Shown: one piece after another, positions 29,620 through 39,827 of the stretch
How positions within the stretch are numbered: the stretch's first letter is position 1
How the letters are laid out: each line of letters starts with the position of its first letter
DNA from: Candidatus Manganitrophaceae bacterium
GTDB lineage: Bacteria > Nitrospirota > Nitrospiria > SBBL01 > JAADHI01
Direction: 5' to 3'
DNA length: 61,443 nt
Assembly: GCA_013151935.1 (NCBI GenBank)
Contig: JAADHI010000012.1
Span: 1 to 61,443 of the forward strand
Position numbers and translations under genes: made by a program
Notes under the pieces: generated by a model
Seen by the model: the letters and a program-made list of their open reading frames with translations, nothing else
Database searches by the model: none
Told to the model about the DNA's origin: nothing

Positions 29620-30534
29620 TCATTTGTTCACAAACCTCCAAGGCGCTCGCCACATCTTGAACAGACTGCAAGCCCAAAGGACCACAATCAACAACAAACC
29701 CAAATAAGTGGCATTGTCACGAAAATTCCCCCGATGCAGTTCGTAGGCCTTCACATCAACCGTGTTCGCATCAAGGAAGATGCCACGCACGGAGATGCTT
29801 GAAGAATGATCCAAACGCAAACCCACCACTTGAAGTGATTCCCCCGTAAAGATCTGAAGTCTGCCTTCAGGAAACCCATGACGATAAAAAGCCCGGTCAA
29901 ATTCAATCACCTTGCCTTTTCGGCTTTCAAGATTGCGAAGCGTTTGAACAAAATGATTATCTTTTTTCTCTGCTGCTCCCATCAAAAAAAGAGGAAGCAG
30001 AAAATAAAGCCCTAAAAATAAAAGGGAAACAAGAAAGGATTGTGGCTTTGTGAATGAAAGAGGAAAGGGTTTTAATGCGATCTTACGCCAGGTAAAAACC
30101 ACATAAATCAAACCCAGAAGCGTCACGCCATAGGTCGGAAGACGCTCAGGCCACACAAATGCAAACTGAAGCAGATACCAATCGAAGGGCGCAAAGAGAT
30201 GAACGCCATTGGCCCACTTGATTTGAAACGCATCTAGAACAAGGTGAAAAAAAGAACCAAAACTCAAGATAAAAAAGGTCTTTCGTGGAAGGGGGGAAAG
30301 GAGGGAAAAACAAGCACTTAGGATGAGAGAACAGAAAAGCGTCGCTTGCACGACGACATAAAGCCTCAGATCCAGTACATTCAGGCTTGGCAGGAACATG
30401 CGAAGCGTCCGCTGCAAAATCCAGGGCAGATCTGGAATAATCGCACCCACATAAATCCATCGAAGATCTGCATCCCGACACAGGCTTCGTGTCAGTAGAC
30501 CACTTAATCCCAAATGCGCAAGTGTATTTGGCAC
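29620..30534 (-). CDS. Putative membrane-bound metal-dependent hydrolase
   Basis: N-terminal H, GAIIPDL, HLVLD motifs; several TM segments. Confidence 0.65.
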   Translation of the reverse strand: MPNTLAHLGLSGLLTRSLCRDADLRWIYVGAIIPDLPWILQRTLRMFLPSLNVLDLRLYVVVQATLFCSLILSACFSLLSPLPRKTFFILSFGSFFHLVLDAFQIKWANGVHLFAPFDWYLLQFAFVWPERLPTYGVTLLGLIYVVFTWRKIALKPFPLSFTKPQSFLVSLLFLGLYFLLPLFLMGAAEKKDNHFVQTLRNLESRKGKVIEFDRAFYRHGFPEGRLQIFTGESLQVVGLRLDHSSSISVRGIFLDANTVDVKAYELHRGNFRDNATYLGLLLIVVLWACSLFKMWRAPWRFVNK

Positions 30535-30542
30535 GGCCTGGA

Positions 30543-31061
30543 CTAAGCCTGGGTTTCGCCCAAAAGACGCTGCCAGTTCAGCGGAAGTTCGTCTAGACCT
30601 GCGACATTCTTAAAACGATCCAGAGACAAAGGCACCATTTTAAAACGCCCGGAGACCAGCAATTTCCCTGCCGCATTTCGCGCTTCAGCCTGCACGGAAA
30701 CAGCTTGCCACGCAGGCACAGATGCTTCAATTTTTGCGGAAAGGTCTATCAACTTTGTCCCAAGTACAGGTCTTAGATATTTAATAGTTGCGGATCGTAA
30801 GACCCATGCAGCACGAATTTCGGCCAAAAGAATGGTTGGCACCCAGGAAGAAAGACAGTCCAAGGCCGTGTAGATCACACCGCCATGCATCATCCCCGGA
30901 AAACCCGTCATATGGGTCTTGGCATCTAATCGCCCCAATAAACGCGTGTCGTCTTCGGAATCTCGAAACACGGCGATTTTTAAACCATGTTCATTCACAT
31001 GTCCACAACCAAAACAGTCATTGTCTTCAAGCAATTCTTTGTTAATGAGTGTAAGGGACAT
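30543..31061 (-). CDS. PaaI/hotdog-fold thioesterase
   Basis: CFGCG..N..GL, GFPGMMHGG, IKYLRP. Confidence 0.85.
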   Translation of the reverse strand: MSLTLINKELLEDNDCFGCGHVNEHGLKIAVFRDSEDDTRLLGRLDAKTHMTGFPGMMHGGVIYTALDCLSSWVPTILLAEIRAAWVLRSATIKYLRPVLGTKLIDLSAKIEASVPAWQAVSVQAEARNAAGKLLVSGRFKMVPLSLDRFKNVAGLDELPLNWQRLLGETQA

Positions 31062-31069
31062 AGAAACCC

Positions 31070-32053
31070 TTAGGAAGACAGTACCTTTTGCAACATCTCT
31101 CTTTCAATAGCAGCCGTGCCAACAATGCCCACAACAATACCTGCAGCCACATTCGCAAGTTTTGCAGCCTTTGGAAGGGCTGCCCCTGCAGCCAAGGCCA
31201 GGGCCAGGGTACTTAAGACCGTATCCCCGGCACCCGTCACATCAAAAACTTGTTTTGCCTCCGTGGGAATATGCGTCAGCGTGCCTGATTTTTCAAAAAG
31301 GCTCATGCCATGCTCTCCCCGTGTAATAAGGACCGCTTCGCTGCCCAGTTTTTTAAGCAAGGTCTTCCCAGCTTTTAAAAGCGTGTCTTCATTGCCAATA
31401 TCAATACCCGAGGCCTGAGAAGCCTCCAAATGATTCGGCGTGACCAAGGTGACTTTTTTATAATATGGGAAATGACTCACTTTTGGATCAACCACAATGG
31501 GAATCCCACGCTTAATCGCAGCCGGTAAAATTTTTCTTAAAAGCGGTTTTGTAATCACTCCTTTTGAATAGTCGGAGATTGCCAAACAATCCACCTGAGA
31601 AAGTGTGTCAAGTACAGTATTGATCAATCGTCGATTTGTTTTTGGAAGAAAGGCACCGCTCACCTCGTGATCAAATCGCACCACTTGCTGCTGATGGGCG
31701 ATGATCCGTGTCTTTTTTGTCGTGGGACGATTTTCTTCCACGACAAGCCCACTCAAATCAATGCCTTTACTCGCCACACGCGCCCGGATCCATTGCCCCG
31801 CTTCATCTTCGCCAATCACACTGCAAAATGAAACCTGTCCTCCCAAACCGAGAATATTGTTGACCACGTTTCCCGCTCCACCTAAACGCACAGATTCAGA
31901 ATTCACGTTTACGACAGGGACGGGGGCTTCTGGGGAAATCCGTTTGACTGAACCCCAAATATAGTGATCCACCATCAAATCTCCAAGCACGAGAACCTTC
32001 TTCCCGGAGAACTGATTTAAAAGTGTTTTAAATGGTGTGTTTCTCTCTGCCAC
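31070..32053 (-). CDS. rfaE1: D-glycero-beta-D-manno-heptose-7-phosphate kinase (RfaE domain I)
   Basis: GDLMVDHYIWG.V.RISPEAPVP, SDYSKG, DVTGAGDTV. Confidence 0.92.
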   Translation of the reverse strand: MAERNTPFKTLLNQFSGKKVLVLGDLMVDHYIWGSVKRISPEAPVPVVNVNSESVRLGGAGNVVNNILGLGGQVSFCSVIGEDEAGQWIRARVASKGIDLSGLVVEENRPTTKKTRIIAHQQQVVRFDHEVSGAFLPKTNRRLINTVLDTLSQVDCLAISDYSKGVITKPLLRKILPAAIKRGIPIVVDPKVSHFPYYKKVTLVTPNHLEASQASGIDIGNEDTLLKAGKTLLKKLGSEAVLITRGEHGMSLFEKSGTLTHIPTEAKQVFDVTGAGDTVLSTLALALAAGAALPKAAKLANVAAGIVVGIVGTAAIEREMLQKVLSS

Positions 32054-32067
32054 AAACAAGCCTGAGT

Positions 32068-32715
32068 TTAGCGAATCACTTTTCCGATGCGTCCCCAACG
32101 ACTCCAGCCACCGAGCCATTCCAGTACCTTGCTTTCTTTATCCCAGGACCAATAGATTAAAAATGCCTCGCCTTTTATTTTTGAAAAATCAACAAAGCCC
32201 CAAAAACGTGAATCAAGACTGTGATCCCGATTGTCTCCCATAACAAAATAACTGTTTTCCGGCACATTTACGGGACCAAAGTTATCACGACTCGCCATAA
32301 TCTGAGAAGACACAACATCCGCAACATCATTGGTAAAAAGTTCATTTTGCTCAATACCATTCACATACAAAACCTTATTTCTGACTTCAATTTTGTCACC
32401 GGGAATACCCACAACGCGTTTAATAAAATCTTTGGATTCATCTTTCGGAAAACGAAAAACAATAACATCTCCACGCTCAGGCACTGTAATGGGGATGACG
32501 ACAATATCAGTAAAGGGTAACTTCACACCGTAGATAAATTTATTGACCAAAATATGATCACCAATCAACAAGGTGGGGATCATTGAACCTGAAGGGATTT
32601 TAAAGGCTTGTACGACAAAGGTGCGAATCACAAGCGCCAAGATAATCGCAATGACGAGTGTATCCAGATACTCTCGTATCGTCTTCCATTTTTCTCGAAA
32701 GGATGAGTGACTCAT
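32068..32715 (-). CDS. lepB: Signal peptidase I
   Basis: IPSGSM, FIKRVVG, MGDNRDHSLDSR. Confidence 0.96.
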   Translation of the reverse strand: MSHSSFREKWKTIREYLDTLVIAIILALVIRTFVVQAFKIPSGSMIPTLLIGDHILVNKFIYGVKLPFTDIVVIPITVPERGDVIVFRFPKDESKDFIKRVVGIPGDKIEVRNKVLYVNGIEQNELFTNDVADVVSSQIMASRDNFGPVNVPENSYFVMGDNRDHSLDSRFWGFVDFSKIKGEAFLIYWSWDKESKVLEWLGGWSRWGRIGKVIR

Positions 32716-32716
32716 A

Positions 32717-34546
32717 TCACTCCTGGATTTTTAGAACGGCTAAAAATGCTTCTTGTGGAATTTCAACCCGTCCCACAGACTTCATGCGTTTTTTGCCTTC
32801 TTTTTGCTTGGCCCACAATTTCTTTTTCCGCGAAATATCACCGCCGTAACACTTTGCGGTCACATTCTTTTTTAAGGCGCTCACGGTCTCTCTCGCGATG
32901 ATCTTTGCACCAATCGCAGCCTGAATCGCAACCTCGAACATCTGTCTTGGAATCATCTCTTTCATTTTCTCAGCCAACTGACGCCCTCGAAAATGTGATT
33001 TCTTCCGATCAGTAATAAAAGAAAGTGCGTCAACAGTCTCGCCATTCAACATTAAATCCACTTTCACCAGGTCCGCGTCTTGATATCCGCTCAGCTCATA
33101 ATCAAAAGACGCATATCCTTTTGAAAGAGACTTAAGGCGATCATAAAAATCCATCACGACTTCGTTGAGCGGTAAGGTGTAGGTGACAATGACCCGATCA
33201 GCATCAAGATATTTCAAATCTTCTTGCCTTCCCCGTCGCTCCTGACACAGTTTCAAGATTGACCCTAAAAAATCGCTTCGGGTAATAATGACACCTTTGA
33301 TATAGGGTTCTTCAAAACCCGCAATCTCTCCGACGGGTGGCAATTGGGCCGGATTGTCAATCTTTAGAACCTCGCCTTTATTTGTTGTAATACGATAAAT
33401 AACAGTTGGCGCAGTGCCAATGAGAGACAAACGATATTCTCTTTCGAGTCGTTCTTTTATGATCTCCATATGCAAGAGACCTAAAAACCCGCAACGGAAA
33501 CCAAAACCCAGAGCCAGTGAGGTCTCCGGCTCAAACTGAAAAGAAGAATCGTTTAAACTCAGCTTTTTCAAGGCATCGCGCAAATCCTCAAAGCGGTCGG
33601 TATCAATGGTGTAGAGACCGCAAAAGACCATGGGTTTCACTTCCTGATACCCTTCAATCGGCACAGAAGCGGGCCGCGCTTTTTCGGTGACCGTATCCCC
33701 AATTTTTGTTTCTGCGACGTCACGAATTCCAGCGACGATAAAACCCACTTCTCCGACAGAAAGCTGATTCACTACTTCCGGATTAGGCGTAAAAACCCCC
33801 AAAGACAAAACTTCGTGTTCTGCTTCCGTTGACATGAGACGAATCTGTGTCCCTTTTTTGACACAACCATTTGCGATTTTCACAAGAATAACGGCTCCCT
33901 GGTAGTTATCAAACCAGGAATCGATAATCAGGGCTTGCAAAGGCATATGCAATTCACCCTTTGGAGGTGGAACATGCATGACCGCAGCCTCCAGGGTTTC
34001 CTTGATCCCAATACCCTGCTTCGCACTTGCTGGAATCGCTTGAGAAGCATCAATGCCTAGAATTTCTTCAATCTGAGCCCGCACACCTTCCACATCTGCA
34101 CTCGGAAGATCTATTTTGTTAATGATGGGAATTATTTCCAAATCAGCTTCGATTGCAAGGTAAGCATTTGCAATCGTTTGCGCCTCAACGCCCTGAGCCG
34201 CATCAACAACAAGCAAAGCTCCTTCACAAGCCGCAAGACTCCGTGAAACTTCATAGGAAAAATCGACATGACCGGGTGTATCAATCAGATTAAAGAGATA
34301 GGTGTTTCCATTTTCCGCTTGGTAGGAAATGCGAACAGCACGCGCTTTGATCGTGATACCGCGCTCTCGTTCAAGCTCCATGTCATCAAGGAGCTGGTTT
34401 TTGGATTCCCTGGAAGTAACAGCTCCCGAATACTCCAACAAACGGTCCGCCAGAGTTGATTTTCCATGGTCGATGTGAGCAATGATTGAAAAATTGCGAA
34501 TATGATCTTGCTGAACGGTAGGCTGCAAAGAATCCTTCTTAATCAA
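32717..34546 (-). CDS. lepA: Elongation factor 4 (LepA)
   Basis: [36 protein letters not shown]. Confidence 0.98.
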   Translation of the reverse strand: MIKKDSLQPTVQQDHIRNFSIIAHIDHGKSTLADRLLEYSGAVTSRESKNQLLDDMELERERGITIKARAVRISYQAENGNTYLFNLIDTPGHVDFSYEVSRSLAACEGALLVVDAAQGVEAQTIANAYLAIEADLEIIPIINKIDLPSADVEGVRAQIEEILGIDASQAIPASAKQGIGIKETLEAAVMHVPPPKGELHMPLQALIIDSWFDNYQGAVILVKIANGCVKKGTQIRLMSTEAEHEVLSLGVFTPNPEVVNQLSVGEVGFIVAGIRDVAETKIGDTVTEKARPASVPIEGYQEVKPMVFCGLYTIDTDRFEDLRDALKKLSLNDSSFQFEPETSLALGFGFRCGFLGLLHMEIIKERLEREYRLSLIGTAPTVIYRITTNKGEVLKIDNPAQLPPVGEIAGFEEPYIKGVIITRSDFLGSILKLCQERRGRQEDLKYLDADRVIVTYTLPLNEVVMDFYDRLKSLSKGYASFDYELSGYQDADLVKVDLMLNGETVDALSFITDRKKSHFRGRQLAEKMKEMIPRQMFEVAIQAAIGAKIIARETVSALKKNVTAKCYGGDISRKKKLWAKQKEGKKRMKSVGRVEIPQEAFLAVLKIQE

Positions 34547-34682
34547 ATTAAAAAATATTGAAAAGCCGAGTCAGTCGCTAGGAGGTCTCGCCGAGAGCGC
34601 ACCAAGAAAAATCAAGAAAACCATGGCAGCAATGAGTATAAAGTTTCCCATTCCAGACAAACGCCCCCTTTAAATATTGAAT

Positions 34683-35591
34683 TCAGCTTGTATAATCTCT
34701 GGCACAGCGGAAGCCCACACTACTTTCTCCACGTTCTGGGTGCGCCCCTCCAAACCTTTTGGAGACCCTTAAATCATGTCTTGTACTATGGAAAGACCCT
34801 CCACGATAAGACAGTACCTTGATGATCCCCGGGTCCTCTGGACCTTTCGGATTTTTAAAGGGAGCATCCTTATAATAAAATTGATCATACCAATCTAGAA
34901 CCCATTCGGAAACATTCCCAGACATGTCGTAGATCCCATAAGGGCTTCTCCCCGATTCAAAACTACCCACCGGGGCAGAATATTTATAACCATCACCCTC
35001 ACCACGACCATTGACCCAGGATGCATTAAAATCATCACCCCAAGGCCATTTCATGCCATCTTCACCACCAGCGGCCTTCTCCCACTCTGCTTCGGTCGGC
35101 AAACGATTCCCTGCCCACCGACAATAGGCGACCGCATCAATCCAGGCAACGCCCACGACAGGCTGATTGTCCCCTTTTAACAAATTAACATCATCTTCAA
35201 ACACAGGGATTCTTGGCATCGGACGTTCGAGCATCCCTGCAAAACTGGCGTAGTTCACAGTGCTGACCTCATGTTGGTCCATGTAGAAGGCATCCAAATA
35301 GATCACACGCTGGGGCTGCTCATCAAAATCACCTGCATCACCCCCGCCCATCGGAAATGAACCTGCAGGCACAAGGACCATCTTTCGTCCATCCCCGCCT
35401 TCGATCACCTCAAACTGGCTATAATCCATTTTTTTTACATTCGCAACATCCCGGTTTCGGATTTCAATGCCTTTAGTAGAAGCGCGTAATTTGGCAGATT
35501 TTAATTTTTCGACAACAAGAGCAAGACCAATCAGAACAGAACAAACAACCATAACACCCGAAACAATCAGAATTGCTTTCCGATTCATCAT
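34683..35591 (-). CDS. Membrane-anchored FGE-sulfatase (SUMF1/NirV-like) domain protein
   Basis: N-terminal TM; F.MG, PVVGV.W.DA..YC.W, RLPTEAEWEKAA, DMSGNVSEW, GFRC. Confidence 0.88.
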   Translation of the reverse strand: MMNRKAILIVSGVMVVCSVLIGLALVVEKLKSAKLRASTKGIEIRNRDVANVKKMDYSQFEVIEGGDGRKMVLVPAGSFPMGGGDAGDFDEQPQRVIYLDAFYMDQHEVSTVNYASFAGMLERPMPRIPVFEDDVNLLKGDNQPVVGVAWIDAVAYCRWAGNRLPTEAEWEKAAGGEDGMKWPWGDDFNASWVNGRGEGDGYKYSAPVGSFESGRSPYGIYDMSGNVSEWVLDWYDQFYYKDAPFKNPKGPEDPGIIKVLSYRGGSFHSTRHDLRVSKRFGGAHPERGESSVGFRCARDYTS

Positions 35592-35727
35592 ACAAGAAAC
35601 TCCTAGAACAGTTTAAATATCCCTTAAGGAAAAAGCGTCCCAATATAGCGAATTCGTTCCGGCTTTGCAAGATAAGGCCACAGCATTTTCACTCCGCCCT
35701 CCAAATACGAATTAAGGTTTTTTAGCA

Positions 35728-35764
35728 AAAAAAAGGGAGAAACCCTGGGTTTCTCCCTTTTTTT
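35728..35764 (-). terminator. Intrinsic terminator after moaA (potentially bidirectional)
   Basis: A-tract, GGGAGAAACC CTG GGTTTCTCCC, T-tract. Confidence 0.85.
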
Positions 35765-35796
35765 CAAAATCAAGCACTTAATGTGGCAAGTAAATG

Positions 35797-36792
35797 TTAA
35801 CCACCAATACTGACCATATTCGACAATTTTTTCTGTTCTGCAATCATATCCAGCTCATGATATTCAGGCTTAACAAACAGAACCTGATCCAAAAGACCCG
35901 CGATTTCCTCATCACTGCAACCATTACGGAGTGCATCACGGAAATCAACAGCAATCTCCGAAAACAGACAGGGACGAATCTGACCATCTGCCGTCAAACG
36001 AACACGATTACAAGTATCACAGAAATCATGACTCACAGCGTGAATAAACCCAACAACACCGGGTGCTCCTGGAAGTCTAAAGTTTTCCGCAGGACCAGCA
36101 TTTCCTTCATTGGCACCATTTAAGGGAATCATTTTACCAAACTTCTCTTCAACCTCATCCACGACAGTTTGAAAAGGTTTGTAGGTCTTCACCCAGGTGT
36201 CCCAATTGGCACAAGGCATATACTCAATAAAACGCACATGATAGGGTTTCCGACGTGTCAAATTCACAAAATCGACCACTTCGTGGTCGTTGACGCCTTG
36301 CTGAAGCACGACATTAATTTTCAGGGGTTTAAAGCCCACACGCTCTGCCTCTTCAATGCCTTCCCAAACCATGTCAAAAATATCACGACGGACAACCTCT
36401 GCAAACGTTTTGGGATTAAGGGAGTCCAAACTAATATTAATCCTTCGCAGTCCGGCCTTGTAAAGATCCCCGGCCATCTGCTTCAAAAAGACGGCATTCG
36501 TCGTCAACGCTAATTCCTCAATACCAGGAATTTTGTTCATCTGATCGATAAAGCCAACCACACCTTTTCTCACAAGGGGCTCTCCCCCCGTCACGCGAAC
36601 CTTCTTTAGGCCTCTCTTTGCGGCAACACGAATAATACGCAGTAGCTCGTCGTAAGAGAGAAGTTCATCGGTAGGGGTCCAATTGAGGCCCTCTTCCGGC
36701 ATGCAATAAACACATCTTAGATTACAACGGTCTGTAACAGAAACCCTCATATATGTAATAGATCTTGAGTATGGATCAACCAGTGCGGACAT
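35797..36792 (-). CDS. moaA: GTP 3',8-cyclase MoaA
   Basis: RVSVTDRCNLRCVYCM, TGGEPL, CDTCNRVR...PCL, C-terminal GG; GGAGAGGA RBS. Confidence 0.97.
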   Translation of the reverse strand: MSALVDPYSRSITYMRVSVTDRCNLRCVYCMPEEGLNWTPTDELLSYDELLRIIRVAAKRGLKKVRVTGGEPLVRKGVVGFIDQMNKIPGIEELALTTNAVFLKQMAGDLYKAGLRRINISLDSLNPKTFAEVVRRDIFDMVWEGIEEAERVGFKPLKINVVLQQGVNDHEVVDFVNLTRRKPYHVRFIEYMPCANWDTWVKTYKPFQTVVDEVEEKFGKMIPLNGANEGNAGPAENFRLPGAPGVVGFIHAVSHDFCDTCNRVRLTADGQIRPCLFSEIAVDFRDALRNGCSDEEIAGLLDQVLFVKPEYHELDMIAEQKKLSNMVSIGG

Positions 36793-36841
36793 GTTTCCTC
36801 CTCCAGTCAAAAGGTGGCATTAGAACTGCAAAATATACGTA

Positions 36842-36870
36842 ATTCTATAAAACTGGTAAGCATCTGTCAA
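36842..36870 (-). promoter_or_regulatory. Sigma70-type promoter of moaA
   Basis: TTGACA-N17-TAGAAT. Confidence 0.7.
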
Positions 36871-37164
36871 GCAGGATTTAAAGAAAGTCCATAAAATTAG
36901 GATTGTTCACATTAAAACACAAGGTGTGTTATATTGCAAATTGATGTTTTAGTTCCCAATTTAGAGGAGAATAATCAATGTCCAATGATAAAACAGATCA
37001 GAAAAAAGGCAAGGACGATACATTTCGGATTCCGCTTCGTATCGTCCCCAACGAAACGGAAAACATTGAAGCTGAAATGCAAGATATTTTTGACGAAGAT
37101 AAGATTGTGCATCGTCACGGCTCAGCCGAACCAGAACATGACTAAGGGAAGTGGGAATAAAGAC

Positions 37165-37857
37165 TTAGATAATAAAATCTCCGAAAATATAGCCCGATAC
37201 GGTTGAAACCAAGGGCCACACGATTTTTCTCATAAGACCAAAGGGGTCCATAAACACGATAAAAACCATCAAAAACATGCCATAAGGTTCAATACTGCTA
37301 ATAAGACGCGCCTGAGCCCTGGGCAAAACACCCACCAGAACCCTTCCCCCATCCAATGGAGGAATCGGAATCAAGTTAAAAATCATCAAAACAACATTAA
37401 TCAGTACGGAAAAATGTAACATTTCACGGAGCGGTAGAAGAAAAAAAGTAGCGCTACTGCCCATTTCAGAAAAAAGCCCCCCTCCCCCCATAAAAAATGA
37501 GCTGGAAAGCAGGCGATAACAAATACCACTGATCACCGCCAAAATAAGATTCATGCCTGGACCCGCCGCAGCGACCCACGCCATATCCTCCTTCGGCCGT
37601 CTCAAATTCAGGGGATTGACCGGAACAGGTTTTGCGTATCCAAATATAAACCCCGTAGACGCAAACATGAGTAGCGGAATAATCACTGTGCCAAAAGGAT
37701 CAATATGAGACAGGGGATTCATCGTAATACGTCCCAGCTGACGTGCAGTTGGATCGCCCTTTTTATCCGCAACCCAGGCATGAGCCGCTTCATGCAGTGT
37801 TACTGCAAAAATTAAGGGCAAGACCATGATACTCATTTGTTGAATTATTTCATTCAC
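37165..37857 (-). CDS. Site-2 protease (M50) family intramembrane metalloprotease
   Basis: HEAAH, AGPGMN, FNLIPIPPLDG. Confidence 0.93.
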   Translation of the reverse strand: MNEIIQQMSIMVLPLIFAVTLHEAAHAWVADKKGDPTARQLGRITMNPLSHIDPFGTVIIPLLMFASTGFIFGYAKPVPVNPLNLRRPKEDMAWVAAAGPGMNLILAVISGICYRLLSSSFFMGGGGLFSEMGSSATFFLLPLREMLHFSVLINVVLMIFNLIPIPPLDGGRVLVGVLPRAQARLISSIEPYGMFLMVFIVFMDPFGLMRKIVWPLVSTVSGYIFGDFII

Positions 37858-37893
37858 AATAGACCCATTATAGCAACTCAGATTGACCGGCGT

Positions 37894-39781
37894 TTATTTC
37901 TCTGGCCGAACTTCCACCAACACCTCATCCGGATTCACACGATCACCCTCCGAAACATGAATTGCTTTCACCACGCCATCGATTGCAGTATGCACCTCGC
38001 TTTGCATCTTCATCGCCTCAACAATGAGGACAACCGAACCCGCCCTGACCTTTTCTCCGAGCGTGACCCTGACCTCCACAACAGCTCCCGGCATCGGAGT
38101 GGTGGCATCTCCGTCGTGCGCGACTTTCGGACGAATCGAATGCCCCCCGGCATGAGACTCAATACGCCCCTCAACCGAAGGCATCACTTCCAAACGAGAT
38201 TCAACCATCACTTCTTCGAGTTGTCCATCAACATAAATAAAGTACGGACGCCCCCCTTCACCTGGATGTCCGACTCCACCCACTTTCACATCAAAGGTTT
38301 CTCCGTGGATCTTAACATTAAACTCACTTGGCGCAATCAAGGGGGCCTGCGCTTCTTCTGAGCGAAGTTTTTCCGCTGATTTTTCAACAAGCGGCTGATC
38401 TTTCTGATTAAAAAAGTCAAGGGCAACCTTAGGAAACAAAGCGTAGGTCAGCACATCTTCCACATTTTCAATTTTTTTACCCAAGGCCTTGCACAAACCT
38501 TTTTCGGCAGCCTCAAGTTCTGGATCAATCAAATCGGCCGGGCGACCTTTAATTGGAATCTCATCTCCAATTGCCTTTTTCCGAACTTCTTCGTTAATCG
38601 GCCCTGCCGGTTTGCCATAAAGCCCTTTCAAGTAGTTACTAGTTACTGGTCTCACTCGTAATCACTTTGTAGCGCTCCCCCGTGAGGACATTTAAAGTTG
38701 CCTGTGTGCCCACAATTTGACTCGCAGGTGTCACCAAGGGCGGATAACCAAAGTCCTCACGCACCCGTGGAACTTCATCAAGCACATCCTGCATGCGGTG
38801 CAAGGCCTGTTGCTCCGCAAGCTGACTCGCAAGATTAGAAGTCATCCCCCCAGGAATTTGATAAATCAGCACCCTGGGATCAACTCCGGTGTAGTCAGAC
38901 TCAAAAGCACTGTATTTCAAGCGCGTCTCCTTAAAAAAATCCGCAATCTCGGCGAGCAGCAGCATATCAAACTTGGGGTCACGTTCACTGCCTTCCAAAA
39001 TCCGTGCAATGGTCTCAACGGGAGGTTGAGACGTCCCGGAAGCCATGGACGAAATCGCCGTATCAATGGCATCCACACCCGCTTCAATGGCTTTCACATA
39101 GCATGCAACCGCCATGGCACTGGTATCATGTGTATGTAAATGAATAGGGACACTAATCTCTTCCTTTAATTTACTAATCAGGTCAAATGCATCATAAGGC
39201 GCCAAAAGTCCTGCCATATCTTTCACACAAATCGAATCAGAACCCATATCCTCCAAACGTTTCGCCAATTCGACAAAAAGATCATTGTTGTGAAAACGAC
39301 TTACGGTATAACAAAATGTCCCCTGTACTTTTCCACCATATTTCATCGCTGCTCGAAAAGAGGTTTTTAGATTCCTCAAATCATTCAATGCATCAAAAAT
39401 ACGAAAAACATCTATCCCATTAACCACAGCACGGTCAATAAAACGCTCAACCACATCATCTGCATAATGACGATAACCCACCAGATTCTGGCCGCGCAAC
39501 AACATTTGAAAGGGCGTATTGGGCATCACCTTTTTCAATTCACGTAGTCGTTCCCAGGGGTCTTCTCGCAAATATCGTATCGCCGCATCAAAAGTCGCAC
39601 CACCCCACATTTCAATAAAGGAGTAGCCAGCCCGATCAATTTTTTCAGCAATGGGCAACATATCTTCAAGCTTTAAACGTGTGGCAAGATGCGATTGATG
39701 ACCATCTCGGAGCGTGGTGTCCATAAACTGAACCGGTGATTGTAAGGGCTTCAAACCTACTTTTTTACTTGAATATGCCAC
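37894..39781 (-). pseudogene. Biotin-dependent 2-oxoacid (pyruvate/2-oxoglutarate) carboxylase large subunit, PycB/CfiA/OadA-like, frameshifted by a 7-bp duplication
   Basis: 5' part has DTTLRDGHQS, EMWGGATFD, KDMAG, HTH, PGGM, YPPLVTP; 3' part has the biotinyl motif EAMKM. Deleting one AGTTACT copy (38634-38647) restores a single 626-aa ORF. Confidence 0.8.
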
Positions 39782-39827
39782 ACGACCTCCCCTAAATAAC
39801 ATTGTTTCACTGCTTTTACTTCTATTT

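Noticed and set aside
36934-37206. 90-aa plus-strand ORF between moaA and the site-2 protease gene
   Set aside because: TTG start without RBS, no motifs, and it overlaps the protease gene end.
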